Source of the DNA: Callorhinchus milii
Taxonomy: Eukaryota
Direction: 5' to 3'
Assembly (NCBI RefSeq): GCF_018977255.1
Contig: NW_024704742.1
Location: 13,456,001 to 13,520,000, forward strand
DNA length: 64,000 nucleotides
Shown piece by piece: positions 21,681 to 34,800 of this stretch. The notes below the pieces were generated by a model that saw only the letters and a program-made list of their open reading frames with translations, did no database searches and had not been told where the DNA came from. The translations under genes and the position numbers were made by a program. Each line of letters starts with the position of its first letter. Position 1 is the first letter of the stretch.

Positions 21681-24600
21681 GCCCCGTACAGTGTAACCCC
21701 CTACTATATAGCCCCCCACAGTATAGCCCCCCTGCTATATAGCCCCCCTCTACTCTATAGCCCCCTAGTGTATAGCCCCTGCAGTATAGCTCCCTCCTGC
21801 AAAGCCCGCACTACTGTATAGCCCCTCCCTAGCCTCTTTTACTATATAGACCACTCTACTGTATAGTCCCCTATTGTATAGCCCCCTACTGTCTAGCCCC
21901 GTACTGTATAGCCCCCGCTACTATATAGACCCCCCCACAGTATAGACCCCCCACAGCATAGACCTCCTACAGTATAGCCACCCCTACTTTATACTCTCTT
22001 ACTGTATAGTCCCCCATAGTATAGCTCCTCACAGTATAGCCCACCCCACAACTGTATAGCCCCCTATTGTATAGCTCCCTACTGTATAGCCCCCTAATGT
22101 ATCGTCCCCTCCTGGACAGCCCCCTCATGTTTTGTCCACACCACAGAATAGCCCCCCTCACAGTATGCCCCTCCTACAGTATAGAACACCCTACTGTATA
22201 GACCCCCCTACTGTGCAGTCCCCCTACTGTATAGCCCCCTACTGGATGGCCCCTCTATAGCCCTCCTACAACCCCCTTACTGTATAGCCCCCTACCGTAT
22301 AGTCCCCCTACTGTACAGCACCCCTACTGTACAGCACCCCTACTGTACAGCACCCCTACTGTACAGCACCCCTACTGTACAGCACCCCTACTGTACAGCA
22401 CCCCTACTGTACAGCACCCCTACTGTACAGCACCCCTACGGTACAGCACCCCTACTGTACAGCACCCCTACTGTACAGCACCCCTACTGTATAGCCCACC
22501 CGTACTGTATACCACCTCCTGTATAGCCCCCTACTGTATAGCACCCCCACTATATAACCCTCCCTACTCTATAGTCCCCTACTGTAGAGCCCCCCTACTG
22601 TATAGCCCCCCACATTATCGCCCTCCCCCACATTATAGCCCTGCCCAGTATAGCCCCCAGTAGAGCGCTCCCCACAGTATAGCCATCCCCAACAATATAG
22701 CCCCCTCCTCCCGCAGTATAGCCCCTCCTACTGTATCAACGCCCCCCTACTGTATAGCTCACACACAGTAAAGCCACCCCTCCACTGAAGCCCCCCTTCA
22801 GTATAGACTGCCCCATTGTATAGCCCCCCCATTGTATAGCCCCACCACTGTATAGCCCACCACTGTATAGCCCCTCCTACTGAATAGCCCCCCCCTATTG
22901 TATAGCCCCCTACTATATGGCCCCCTACTGTATAGACACCCTAGTGTATAGCCCCCCTACTGTACAGACACCCTAGTGTACAGCCCTCTACTGCATAGCC
23001 CCCTACTTTATAGACACCCTAGTGTATAGCCCCAGCTAGTGTATAGCCCCCTACTATATGGCCCCCTACTGTATAGACACCCTAGTGTACAGCCCCCTAC
23101 TCTATAGCCCACTACTTTATAGGCACCCTAATGTATAGCCCCCCCAGTGTATAGCCCCCCACTGTATAGCCCCCCCACTGTATAGCCTCCCTTAGTGTAT
23201 AGCCCCCCCACTGTATAGCCCCCCTTAGTGTATAGCCCCCCACAGTATAGCCCCCCACACTATAGCCCCCGACAGTGCAGCCCCTCCACAATATAGACTC
23301 ATCACAGTATAACCCCCCACCCCACTGTATAGCTACCCCACAGTTTAGTCTCCCCCCCAACACCATGGCCCCCCCAAACAGTATAGCCCCATGCCCACAG
23401 TATAACCCTTCCACAGTATAGCCCCGCCCCCACCCCAAACAGTATAGCCGCCCCTCTGTTTAGCCACACCACAGTTCAGTCTCCCCACAGTATAGCCCCC
23501 CCACAGTATAGCACCCCGCCACAGTATATCCCCGCCCACATTATATCCCCCAACATCATAGCCCCCAACATTATAGCCCCCAACATTATAGCCCCCAACA
23601 TTATAGCCCCCAACATTATAGCTCCCACAGTATAGTCCTCCAAGTATAGCCGCCACCCCAGCATAGTCGCCTGCCCTGTATAGAGCCCCCACTGTATAGC
23701 CCCCCCCCCCACTGTATAGCTCCCCCACTGTACAGCCCAACCACAGTAAAGCTGCCCATCCACTGTATAGCTCCACCTACTGTACAGCCCCTCCTACTGT
23801 ATAGCCTACACACAGTAAAGCCACCCCTCCACTGTAGCCCCCCTACAATATAGACTGTCCCACTGTATACCCCCCCACTGTACAGCCCCCCCAGCTGTAT
23901 AGCTCCTACTGTATACCCCCCCACTGTACAGCCCCCCCAACTGTATAGCTCCTACTGTATACCCCCCCACTGTACAGCCCCCCCAACTGTATAGCTCCTA
24001 CTGTATACCCCCCACTGTACAGCCCCCCAACTGTATAGCTCCTACTGTATACCCCCCACTGTACAGCCCCCCAACTGTATAGCTCCTACTGTATACCCCC
24101 CCACTGTACAGCCCCCCAACTGTATAGCTCCTACTGTATACCCCCCACTGTACAGCCCCCCCAACTGTATAGCTCCTACTGTATACCCCCCCACTGTACA
24201 GCCCCCCCAACTGTATAGCTCCTACTGTATACCCCCCCACTGTACAGCCCCCCCCCAACTGTATAGCTCCTACTGTATAGCCCCCCCACACTGTCTACAT
24301 CCCCACACTGTATCGACACCCACAGTAAAGCCACCCGCTAATGTGTAACCCCCTTACTGTACAAAACCCCCTTCTGTACAGCCCCCGACTGTGTAGCCCC
24401 CCACCACTTTATAGCACCCCACTGTATAGCCCCCCCTTGTATAGAACCCCCTACTGTATAGCCCTCCCACTGTATCGCTCTCCTACTGTATAGCCTCCCC
24501 CACTGAATAGCCCTCCCACTGTATAGCCCCCCCACTGAATAGCCCTCCCATTGTATATCCCCCCACACTGAATAGCCTCCCATTGTATAGCCCCCCACAT

Positions 24601-27600
24601 TGTATAGCCGCCCCACTGTATAGCCCTCCCTACTGTATAGCCCCTCCTACTGTATAGCCCTCCCTACTGTATAGCCCCCCCACTGAATAGCCCTCCCATT
24701 GTATATCCCCCCACACTGAATAGCCTCCCATTGTATAGCCCCCACATTGTATAGCCGCCCCACTGTATAGCCCTCCCTACTGTATAGCCCCTCCTACTGT
24801 ATAGCCCTCCCTACTGTATAGCCACCCCACAGTAAAGCCACCTCTCCTCTGTAGCCCCCTACAGTGCAACTCCCCCCACTGTATAGCCCAACACACAGTA
24901 AAGCCGCCCGACCTACTGTATAGCCACCCCACTATAAATCCCCCTGGTACACCATCCATCTCCATTCCCTCAAGTGCGAGCTGCCAAACTTGCCTGGACC
25001 AAATCCAAACTAAACGGTCCATCGACAGATTTGGCTTCACGATACCAAGACCTACTGCTGTGCTCTTGCCTCCGCCAAATCCTCCTTCTACTTCAAGGTT
25101 ATCTTGAAGGCAAAGGACAACCCCAGGCTTCTCTTTTCCACCTAAAAACCATCTCCTCCATCCACCTTCCCACACCTCGCCCATCCTCTCCTCAAACTCC
25201 AAGTGTGAGGAGATGCTGGTCTTCCTCGAATCCAAAATTTGGGGGTATACGTTCAGCCACCTCAGCCCCATCCACAGCCATCCCCACATCACCTCTCCCT
25301 CATGACCCACCCCCCACCCCTACACTCCTTCGAACCTATCGCTCCCTCCTCCCTCACCACGACTGTCTGCAAACTCAACCCCACCACCTGCTCCCTCAAT
25401 CCCATCCCCACCTGTCTCCTCATCCCCCAGCTCTACCTTCTGGCCCCTCTCCTGTCCAACGTCATCAACCTCTCCTTGTCCACCGGTTCAGTTCCCTAAA
25501 AACAGCCGTCATCACACCCATCTTGAAAAAACCTTCCCTGGACCTATCCCTTCTCTCCAGTTACCGCCCCATCTCTAACCTCCCATTCCTCTCCAAGGTC
25601 CAGGAACGAGTCGTCGCGTCACAGCACGGAAACAGCCCTGGTCAAAGTCACTAATGCCATTCTGAACATCTGTGATCAGGGCTCCCTCTGCCTCCTCGTC
25701 TTCCTCAACCTCTCTGCCACCTTCGACACTGTTGACCACTCCATCCTCATACACCACCTCTCCGCTTTACACAATCTTCATGAACCTGCCCTTGCCTGGT
25801 TCAATTCCCATCGCTCTCACCGTCTCCACTTTGTTGCCTCTAACAGTTTCTCCTCCAGCCCCCACACTGTCACGTCTGGCGTCCCCCCGGGCTCTGTCCT
25901 TGGCCCTCTCCTCTTTAATATCTACATGCTCCCCCTTGGTGACATCATCCGCAGACATGGGGTCAACTTCCACATGTTTGCGGATGACACCCAACTCTTT
26001 CTGCCTCCACCCTCAACTCCAGGACCACTGCTGTCCTGACAGACTACCTGTCGGACATCAAGTCCTGGATGAGGGCAAATTTCCTTCAGTTGAATGTGAA
26101 CAAGACTGAGGCCCTCCTGATTGGCTCACGCCAGTGCCCATGCACCTCAGGCTCTGGCAGCATCAACCTCCATGGTTGCACACTTCAACTCACCAAGTCA
26201 GTCAGGAACCTCGGTGTCTTGCTTGACCCTCAACTGTTTTTTCTTCCCCACATCCAAACCATGACCCGCTCTGCCTTACCTCACCTTTGTAACATCGCCT
26301 GACTCCGCCATTACCTCATCTCTTAGGCCGCTGAAACTCCTGTTCATGCCTTCATCACCTCCAGGCTCGACCTTGCAAACTCCCTGCTTGTCGGCCTTCC
26401 CAACTCCTCCAGATAATCCAGAACTCTGCAGCCCGTGTCCTTTCCCGCACCAAAGTCCGTGACCCCATCTCCCCCATTCTCGCCCGACTCCATTGGCTCC
26501 CTATCCTTCAGAGGATCCAGTTCAAGATCCTGGTCCTCACCTAAAGACCTCTCCACAGCCTCGCCCCACCCTACCTCTGCGACCTCCTAACCCCCTATCA
26601 ACCCGCCCGTTCCCTCCACTCAGCCGGCTCCGGCCTGCTCCACGTCCCCCGACCCACCCGGCCCACCATTGGGGGGAGAGCCTTCAGCCACTCTACCCCC
26701 AACCTCTGGAATTCCATTCCCCAATCACTCCGCCTCGGCCCCTCTTCAGCCTCCTTCAAGTTCCACCTCAAGACCCTCCTCTTCGACCATGCTACCCCTA
26801 CCCTCGCTTCTCCCCCCCTGACCCCTGCTCGGGTCTGAAATGCTGTACACTGTCCAATACCTTGGGACATCCTCCCGACGTGAAAGACACTATACAAATG
26901 TAATGTTGTTGTATAGCCCCCACTACTGTTTAGATCTCCTACTGTATGGCGCCCCCACTGTATAGCTTTCCCCTCGGTAAAGCCGCCCCGCACTACTGTG
27001 TACCACCCCCTACTGTACAGCCCCCCTACTGTATAGCCCTCCCATTGTATAGCCACCCACTGTATAGCCTCCCCAGAGTAAAGTTGCCCCTCCACTATAT
27101 AGACCCCCTGTATAGATCCGCTACTGTAAAGCCCACTCTACTCTATAGCCCACCCACTGTATAGCCCCCCACTATAGCCCCCCCTGCATACCCTATACCC
27201 CTCTTCTGTATAGCCCCCCTCTACTGTATAGCCCCCTACTGTATAGCCCCCTCTACTGTATAGTCCCCCTCTACTGTATAACTCCCCCTCCTGTATAGCC
27301 CCCTACTGTATGGTGCCCCAACACTGTAGCCCCCCGCCTCCATAGCCCCCCACTGTAAGCCCACCCTACTGTATAGCCCACCCACTGTATAGCCCCCACC
27401 CCACAGTATAGCCCCTGCTACTGTACGGACCCCTACTGTACAGACACCTACTGTACAGTACCCCTACTGTGAAGCCACCCATACAGTATAGCCCCCCTAC
27501 TGTATAGCCCCCCTACTGTATAGCCCCCCTACTGTATAGCCCCCTACTGTATAGCCCCCCTACTGTATAGCCCCCCTACTGTATAGCCCCCCTACTGTAT

Positions 27601-30600
27601 AGCCCCCTACTGTATAGCCCCCCTACTGTATAGCCCCCTTACTGTATAGCCCCCCTACTGTATAGCCCCCCTACTGTATAGCCCCCCTACTGTATAGCCC
27701 CCTACTGTATAGCCCCCTACTGTATAGCCCCCTACTGTATAGCCCCCTACTGTATAGCCCCCTACTGTATAGCCCCCCTACTGTATAGCCCCCCTTACTG
27801 TATAGCCCCCCTACTGTATAGCCCCCTACTGTATAGCCCCCTACTGTATAGCCCCCCTACTGTATAGCCCCCCTACTGTATAGCCCCCTACTGTATAGCC
27901 CCCTACTGTATAGCCCCCCTACTGTATAGCCCCCTACTGTATAGCCCCCTACTGTATAGCCCCCTACTGTATAGCCCCCTACTGTATAGCCCCCTACTGT
28001 ATAGCCCCCCTACTGTATAGCCCCCTACTGTATAGCCCCCTACTGTATAGCCCCCCTACTGTATAGCCCCCTACTGTATAGCCCCCCTACTGTATAGCCC
28101 CCCTACTGTATAGCCCCCTACTGTATAGCCCCCCTACTGTATAACCCCCTACTGTATAGCCTCCCCTACTGTATAGCCCCCCTACTGTATAGCCCCCTAC
28201 TGTATAGCCCCCTACTGTATAACCCCCCCTACTGTATAGCCCCCCACTGTATAGCCCCCCCTACTGTATAGCCCCCACTGTATAGCCCCCTACTGTATAG
28301 CCCCCCTACTGTATAGCCCCCTACTGTATAGCCCCCCTACTGTATAGCCCCCTACTGTATAGCCCCCCTACTGTATAGCCCCCTACTGTATAGCCGTATA
28401 GCCCCCCTACTGTATAGCCCCCTACTGTATAGCCCCCTACTGTATAGCCCCCCTACTGTATAGCCCCCCTACTGTATAGCCCCCTACTGTATAGCCCCTA
28501 CTGTATAGCCCCCTACTGTATAGCCCCCTACTGTATAGCCCCCCTACTGTATAGCCCCCTACTGTATAGCCCCCTACTGTATAGCCCCCCTACTGTATAG
28601 CCCCCCTACTGTATAGCCCCCTACTGTATAGCCCCCTACTGTATAGCCCCCCTACTGTATAGCCCCCTACTGTATAGCCCCCTACTGTATAGCCCCCCTA
28701 CTGTATAGCCCCCTACTGTATAGCCCCCCTACTGTATAGCCCCCCACTGTATAGCCCCCCTACTGTATAGCCCCCTACTGTATAGCCCCCCCTACTGTAT
28801 AGCCCCCCTACTGTATAGCCCCCCCTACTGTATAGCCCCCTACTGTATAGCCCCCCTACTGTATAGCCCCCTACTGTATAGCCCCCTACTGTATAGCCCC
28901 CCCTACTGTATAGCCCCCTACTGTATAGCCCCCTACTGTATAGCCTCCCCTACTGTATAGCCCCCCTACTGTATAGCCCCCTACTGTATAGCCCCCCTAC
29001 TGTATAGCCCCCTACTGTATAGCCCCCTACTGTATAGCCCCCCTACTGTATAGCCCCCCTACTGTATAGCCCCCCTACTGTATAGCCCCCTACTGTATAG
29101 CCCCCTACTGTATAGCCCCCTACTGTATAGCCCCCTACTGTATAGCCCCTACTGTATAGCCCCTCTACTGTATAGCCCCCCTACTGTATAGCCCCCTACT
29201 GTATAGCCCCCTACTGTATAGCCCCCCTACTGTATAGCCCCCCTACTGTATAGCCCCCTACTGTATAGCCCCCTACTGTATAGCCCCCTACTGTATAGCC
29301 CCCTACTGTATAGCCCCCCTACTGTATAGCCCCCTACTGTATAGCCCCCCTACTGTATAGCCCCCCTACTGTATAGGCCCCCTACTGTATAGCCCCCCTA
29401 CTGTGTAGCCCCCCTACTGTATAGCCCCCCACTACTGTATAGCCCCCCTACTGTATAGCCCCACCTGCTGTATAGCCCCCCTACTGTATAGCCCCCCTAC
29501 TGTATAGCCCCCTACTGTATAGCCCCCCCTACTGTATAGCCCCCTACTGTATAGCCCCCTACTGTATAGCCCCCTACTGTATAGCCCCCTACTGTATAGC
29601 CCCCCTACTGTATAGCCCCCTACTGTATAGCCCCCCTACTGTATAGCCCCCCTACTGTATAGCCCCCCTACTGTATAGCCCCCTACTGTATAGCCCCCTA
29701 CTGTATAGCCCCCCTACTGTATAGCCCCCTACTGTATAGCCCCCTACTGTATAGCCCCCCTACTGTATAGCCCCCCTACTGTATAGCCCCCTACTGTATA
29801 GCCCCCCTACTGTATAGCCCCCTACTGTATAGCCCCCTACTGTATAGCCCCCCTACTGTATAGCCCCCTACTGTATAGCCCCCTACTGTATAGCCCCCTA
29901 CTGTATAGCCCCCCTACTGTATAGCCCCCTACTGTATAGCCCCCCTACTGTATAGCCCCCCTACTGTATAGCCCCCCTACTGTATAGCCCCCCTACTGTA
30001 TAGCCCCCTACTGTATAGCCCCCTACTGTATAGCCCCCCTACTGTATAGCCCCCTACTGTATAGCCCCCCTACTGTATAGCCCCCTACTGTATAGCCCCC
30101 CTACTGTATAGCCCCCTACTGTATAGCCCCCCTACTGTATAGCCCCCCTACTGTATAGCCCCCTACTGTATAGCCCCCTACTGTATAGCCCCCCTACTGT
30201 ATAGCCCCCTACTGTATAGCCCCCCTACTGTATAGCCCCCTACTGTATAGCCCCCTACTGTATAGCCCCCCTACTGTATAGCCCCCTACTGTATAGCCCC
30301 CTACTGTATAGCCCCCCTACTGTATAGCCCCCCTACTGTATAGCCCCCTACTGTATAGCCCCCTACTGTATAGCCCCCCCTACTGTATAGCCCCCCTACT
30401 GTATAGCCCCCTACTGTATAGCCCCCCTACTGTATAGCCCCCTACTGTATAGCCCCCTACTGTATAGCCCCCTACTGTATAGCCCCCTACTGTATAGCCC
30501 CCTACTGTATAGCCCCCTACTGTATAGCCCCCTACTGTATAGCCCCTACTGTATAGCCCCCTACTGTATAGCCCCCTACTGTATAGCCCCCTACTGTATA

Positions 30601-31820
30601 GCCCCCTACTGTATAGCCCCCTACTGTATAGCCCCCCTACTGTATAGCCCCCTACTGTATAGCCCCCCTACTGTATAGCCCCCTACTGTATAGCCCCCTC
30701 TACTGTATAGCTCCCCCTACTGTATAGCCCCCTACTGTATAGCCCCCCTACTGTATAGCCCCCTACTGTATAGCCCCACTAGTGTATAGCCCCCCTACTG
30801 TATAGCCCCCTACTGTATAGCCCCCTACTGTATAGCCCCCCTACTGTATAGCCCCCTACTGTATAGCCCCCTACTGTATAGCCCCCCTACTGTATAGCCC
30901 CCTACTGTATAGCCCCCTACTGTATAGCCCCCTACTGTATAGCCCCCCTACTGTATAGCCCCCTACTGTATAGCCCCCCTACTGTATAGCCCCCTACTGT
31001 ATAGCCCCCCTACTGTATAGCCCCCTACTGTATAGCCCCCTACTGTATAGCCCCTACTGTATAGCCCCCCTACTGTATAGCCCCCTACTGTATAGCCCCC
31101 TACTGTATAGCCCCCCTACTGTATAGCCCCCTACTGTATACCCCCCTACTGTATAGCCCCCTACTGTATAGCCTCCCTACTGTATAGCCCCCCTACTGTA
31201 TAGCCCCCTACTGTATAGCCCCCTACTGTATAGCCCCCCTACTGTATAGCCCCCTACTGTATAGCCCCCCTACTGTATAGCCCCTACTGTATAGCCCCCC
31301 TACTGTATAGCCCCCCTACTGTATAGCCCCCTACTGTATAGCCCCCCTACTGTATAGCCCCCTACTGTATAGCCCCCTACTGTATAGCCCCCTACTGTAT
31401 AGCCCTACTGTATAGCCCCCTACTGTATAGCCCCCCTACTGTATAGCCCCCTACTGTATAGCCCCCCTACTGTATAGCCCCCCCTACTGTATAGCCCCCT
31501 ACTGTATAGCCCCCCTACTGTATAGCCCCCTACTGTATAGCCCCCTACTGTATAGCCCCCTACTGTATAGCCCCCTACTGTATAGCCCCCTACTGTATAG
31601 CCCCCTACTGTATAGCCCCCTACTGTATAGCCCCCCTACTCTATAGCCCCCTACTGTATAGGCCCCTACTGTATAGCCCCCCTACTGTATAGCCCCCTAC
31701 TGTATAGCCCCCTACTGTATAGCCCTACTGTAGCCCTACTGTACAGTACCCGTGAAGCCCCCTACTGTATAGCCCCCTACTGTATAGCCCCCCTACTGTA
31801 TAGCCCCCTACTGTATAGCC
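21681..31820. repeat. 16-17-bp CTACTGTATAGCCCC(C) satellite; degenerate to ~27480, highly homogeneous 27480-31820
   Basis: Directly visible; local sub-arrays at ~22310-22490, 23550-23625 and 23860-24270. Confidence 0.97.
24940..26911 (+). mobile_element. 5'-truncated L2 LINE with internal deletions, inside the satellite
   Basis: LKTAVITPILKKPSLD, YRPISNLPFLSK, ANFLQLNVNKTEALL; stem-loop plus gttgtt tail. Confidence 0.93.
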
Positions 31821-34800
31821 CTGTGGAGGAGCAGTGGGGGTTGGGGTGAGTTGGTGGGGCTGGGGGTTGGGATGAGTTGCCGGGGCTGGAGTTTGGGGTG
31901 AGTTGGAGGGGCTGGGGGTTGGGGTGAGGTGGAGGAGCAGTGGGGGTTGGGGTGAGTTGGTGGGGCTTGGGTTTGTGGTGAGGTGGATGAGCAGTGGGGC
32001 TTGGGGTAGGTTGGTGGGGCTGGGGTTGGGGTGAGATGGAGGGCAGTGGGGGTTGGGGTGAGTTGGTGGGCTGGGGATTGGTGGGATTTGGTGTGAGTTG
32101 GTGGGGCTGGGGTTTGGTGGGGGTTGGGGTGAGTTGGTGGGGCTGGGTGTTGGGGTGAGTTGGTGGGGCTGAGGGTTGTTGGGGGTTGGGGTGAGTTGGA
32201 GGGGTTTGAGGTTGGGGTGAGTTGGTGGGGCTGGGGGTTGGTGTGAGTTGGCGGGGCTGGGGTTGGAGGGGTTTGGAGTGAGTTGGTGGGGCTGGGGTTC
32301 GATGGGGGTTGGGGTGAGTTGGTGGGGCTGGGGGTTGGTGGGGGTTGGGGTCAGTTGGCGGGGCTGGAGGTTGGTGTGAGTTGGTGGGGCTGGCGGTTGG
32401 GTGAGTTGGCGGCGCTGTGGGTTTGGGGTGAGTTGGCGGCACTGGGGGTTGGAATGAGGTGGAAGAGCAGTGGGGGTTGGGGTGAGTTGATGGGGCTGGG
32501 GTTTGGGGTGAGTTGGTGGTGCTGCGGGTTGGAATGAGGTGGATGAGCAGTGGGGGTTGGGGTGAGATGGTGGGCCTGGTGGTTGGGTTGAGTTGGCCGG
32601 GCTGGGGGTTGGGGTAAGTTGGTGGGGCTTGGGGGTTTTGGGGGTTGGGGTGAGTTGGCGGGGCTGGGGTTGGGGTGAGTTGGCGGGGCTGGGGGTTGTG
32701 GTGAGTTGGCGGGGCTGGGGGTTGGGGTGAGTTGGCGGGGCTGGGGATGGGGTGAGTTGTTGGGGCTGCGGGTTGGGGTGAGTTGGCTGGGCTGGGGGTT
32801 GGTGGGTTTGGGGTGAGTTGGTGGGGCTGGGGTTTGGTGGGGGTTGGGTGAGTTGGTGGGGCTGGGTGTTGGGGTGAGTTGGTGGGGTTGGGGGTTGGGG
32901 TGAGTTGGCGGGGCTGGGGTTTGGGGTGAGTTGGTTGGCTGGGGATTTGGGGTGAGTTGGTGGGGCTGGGGGTTGGGGTGAGTTGGTGGGCTGGGGTTGG
33001 GGTGAGTTGGTGGGGCTGGTGGTTGGGGTGAATTGCTGGGGCTGGGTCTTGGTGGGGGTTGGGGTGAGTTGGCGGGGCTGGAGGTTGGGGTGAGTTGGTG
33101 GAGCTGGAGTTTGGGGTGCGTTGGCAGGGCTGGGGGTTGGGGTGAGTTGGTGGGCTGGGGATTTGGGGTGAGTTGGTGGGGCTGGGGGTTGGGGTGAGTT
33201 GGCGGTGCTTGGGGTTGGGGTGAGGTGCAGGAGCAATTGGGGTTGGCATGAGTTGGTGGGGCTGGGTTTTGGTGGGGGTTGGGGAGAGTTGGTGGGGCTG
33301 GGGCTTGGTGGGGATTGGGGTGAGTTGGCGGGGCTGGAGTTTGGGGTGAGTTGGTGGGGCTGGCAGTTGGGGTGAGTTGGTTGGCCTTGGGGTTGGGGTG
33401 AGTTAGGAGGGCTGGGGGTTGGGGTGAGGTGGAGGAGCAGTGGAGGTTGGGGTAAGCTGGTGGGGCTTGGGGGTTGTGGAGGTTGGGGTGAGTTGGCGGG
33501 CCTGGGGTTTGGGGTGAGTTGGCGGTCCTGGGGGTTGGTGGGGGTTGGGCTGAGTTGGTGCGGCTTGGTGTTTGGTGGGGCTGGGGGTTGGGGTTAGTTG
33601 GTGGGGCTGGGGGTTGGGGTGAGTTGGTGGGGCTGGGGGTTGGGGTGATTTGGCTGGGCTGGTTGTTGGTGGGGATTGGGTGAGTTGGTGGGGCTGGGGT
33701 TTGGTGGGGGTTGGGGTGAGTTGGTGGGGCTGGGTGTTGGGGTGAGTTGGTGGGGTTGGGGGTTGGGGTGAGTTGGCGGGGCTGGGGTTTGGGGTGAGTT
33801 GGTTGGCTGGGGATTTGGGGTGAGTTGGTGGGGCTGGCAGTTGGGGTGAGTTGGTGGGGCTGGGGGTTGGGGTGAGCAGATGGGCTGGGTGTTTGGGGTG
33901 TGTTGATGGCGCTGGGTATTGGGGTGAGATGGAGGAGCAGTGTGGGCTGTGGTGAGTTGGTTGGCCTTGGGGTTGGGGTGAGTTGGCAGGGCTGGGGGTT
34001 GGGGTGAGGTGGAGGAGCAGTGGGGGTTGAGGTAAGCTGGTGGGGCTTGGGGGTTGTGGGGGTTGGGGTGAGTTGGCGGGCCTGGGGTTTGGGGCGAGTT
34101 GGTGCGGCTGGGGTTTGGGGTGAGTTGGCGGTCCTGGGGTTGGTGGGGGTTGGGCTGAGTTGGTGGGGCTTGGTGTTTGGTGGGGCTGGGGTTGGGGTGA
34201 GTTGGTGGGCTGGGGTTGTGGTGAGTTGGCGGGCTGGGGGTTGGGGTGAGTTGGCGGGGCTGGGGGTTGGGGTGAGTTGTTGGGGCTGCGGGTTGGGGTG
34301 AGTTGGCTGGGCTGGGGGTTGGTGGGGTTTGGGGTGAGTTAGTGGGGCTGGAGTTTGGTGGGGATTGTGGTGAGTTGGTGGGGTTGGGGGTTGGGGTGAG
34401 TTGGTTGGCTGGGGATTTGGGGTGAGTTGGTGGGGCTGGGGTTGGGGTGAGTTGGGGGCTGGTGGTTGGGGTGAGTTGGTGGGGCTAGGGGTTGGGGTGA
34501 ATTGGTGGGGCTGGGTGTTGGGGTGAGTTGGAGGGGTTGGGGTTGGGGTGAGTTGGCGGGGCTGGGGTTTGGGGTGAGTTGGTTGGCTGGGGATTTGGGG
34601 TGAGTTGGTGGGGCTGGGGTTGGGGTGAGTTGGTGGGCTGGGGGTTGGGGTGAGTTGGTGTGGCTGGTGGTTGGGGTGAATTGCTGGGCTGGGTCTTGGT
34701 GGGGGTTGGGGTGAGTTGGCGGGGCTGGAGGTTGGGGTGAGTTGGTGGAGCTGGAGTTTGGGGTGCGTTGGCGGNNNNNNNNNNNNNNNNNNNNNNNNNT

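Noticed and set aside
19835..21696. His/Gln/Thr-rich ORFs, including the 375-aa one
   Set aside because: 22-bp satellite read from an ATG in the CR1 3' tail.
27480..31820. CRISPR-like regular repeats
   Set aside because: No unique spacers, no cas genes, and a eukaryotic context.
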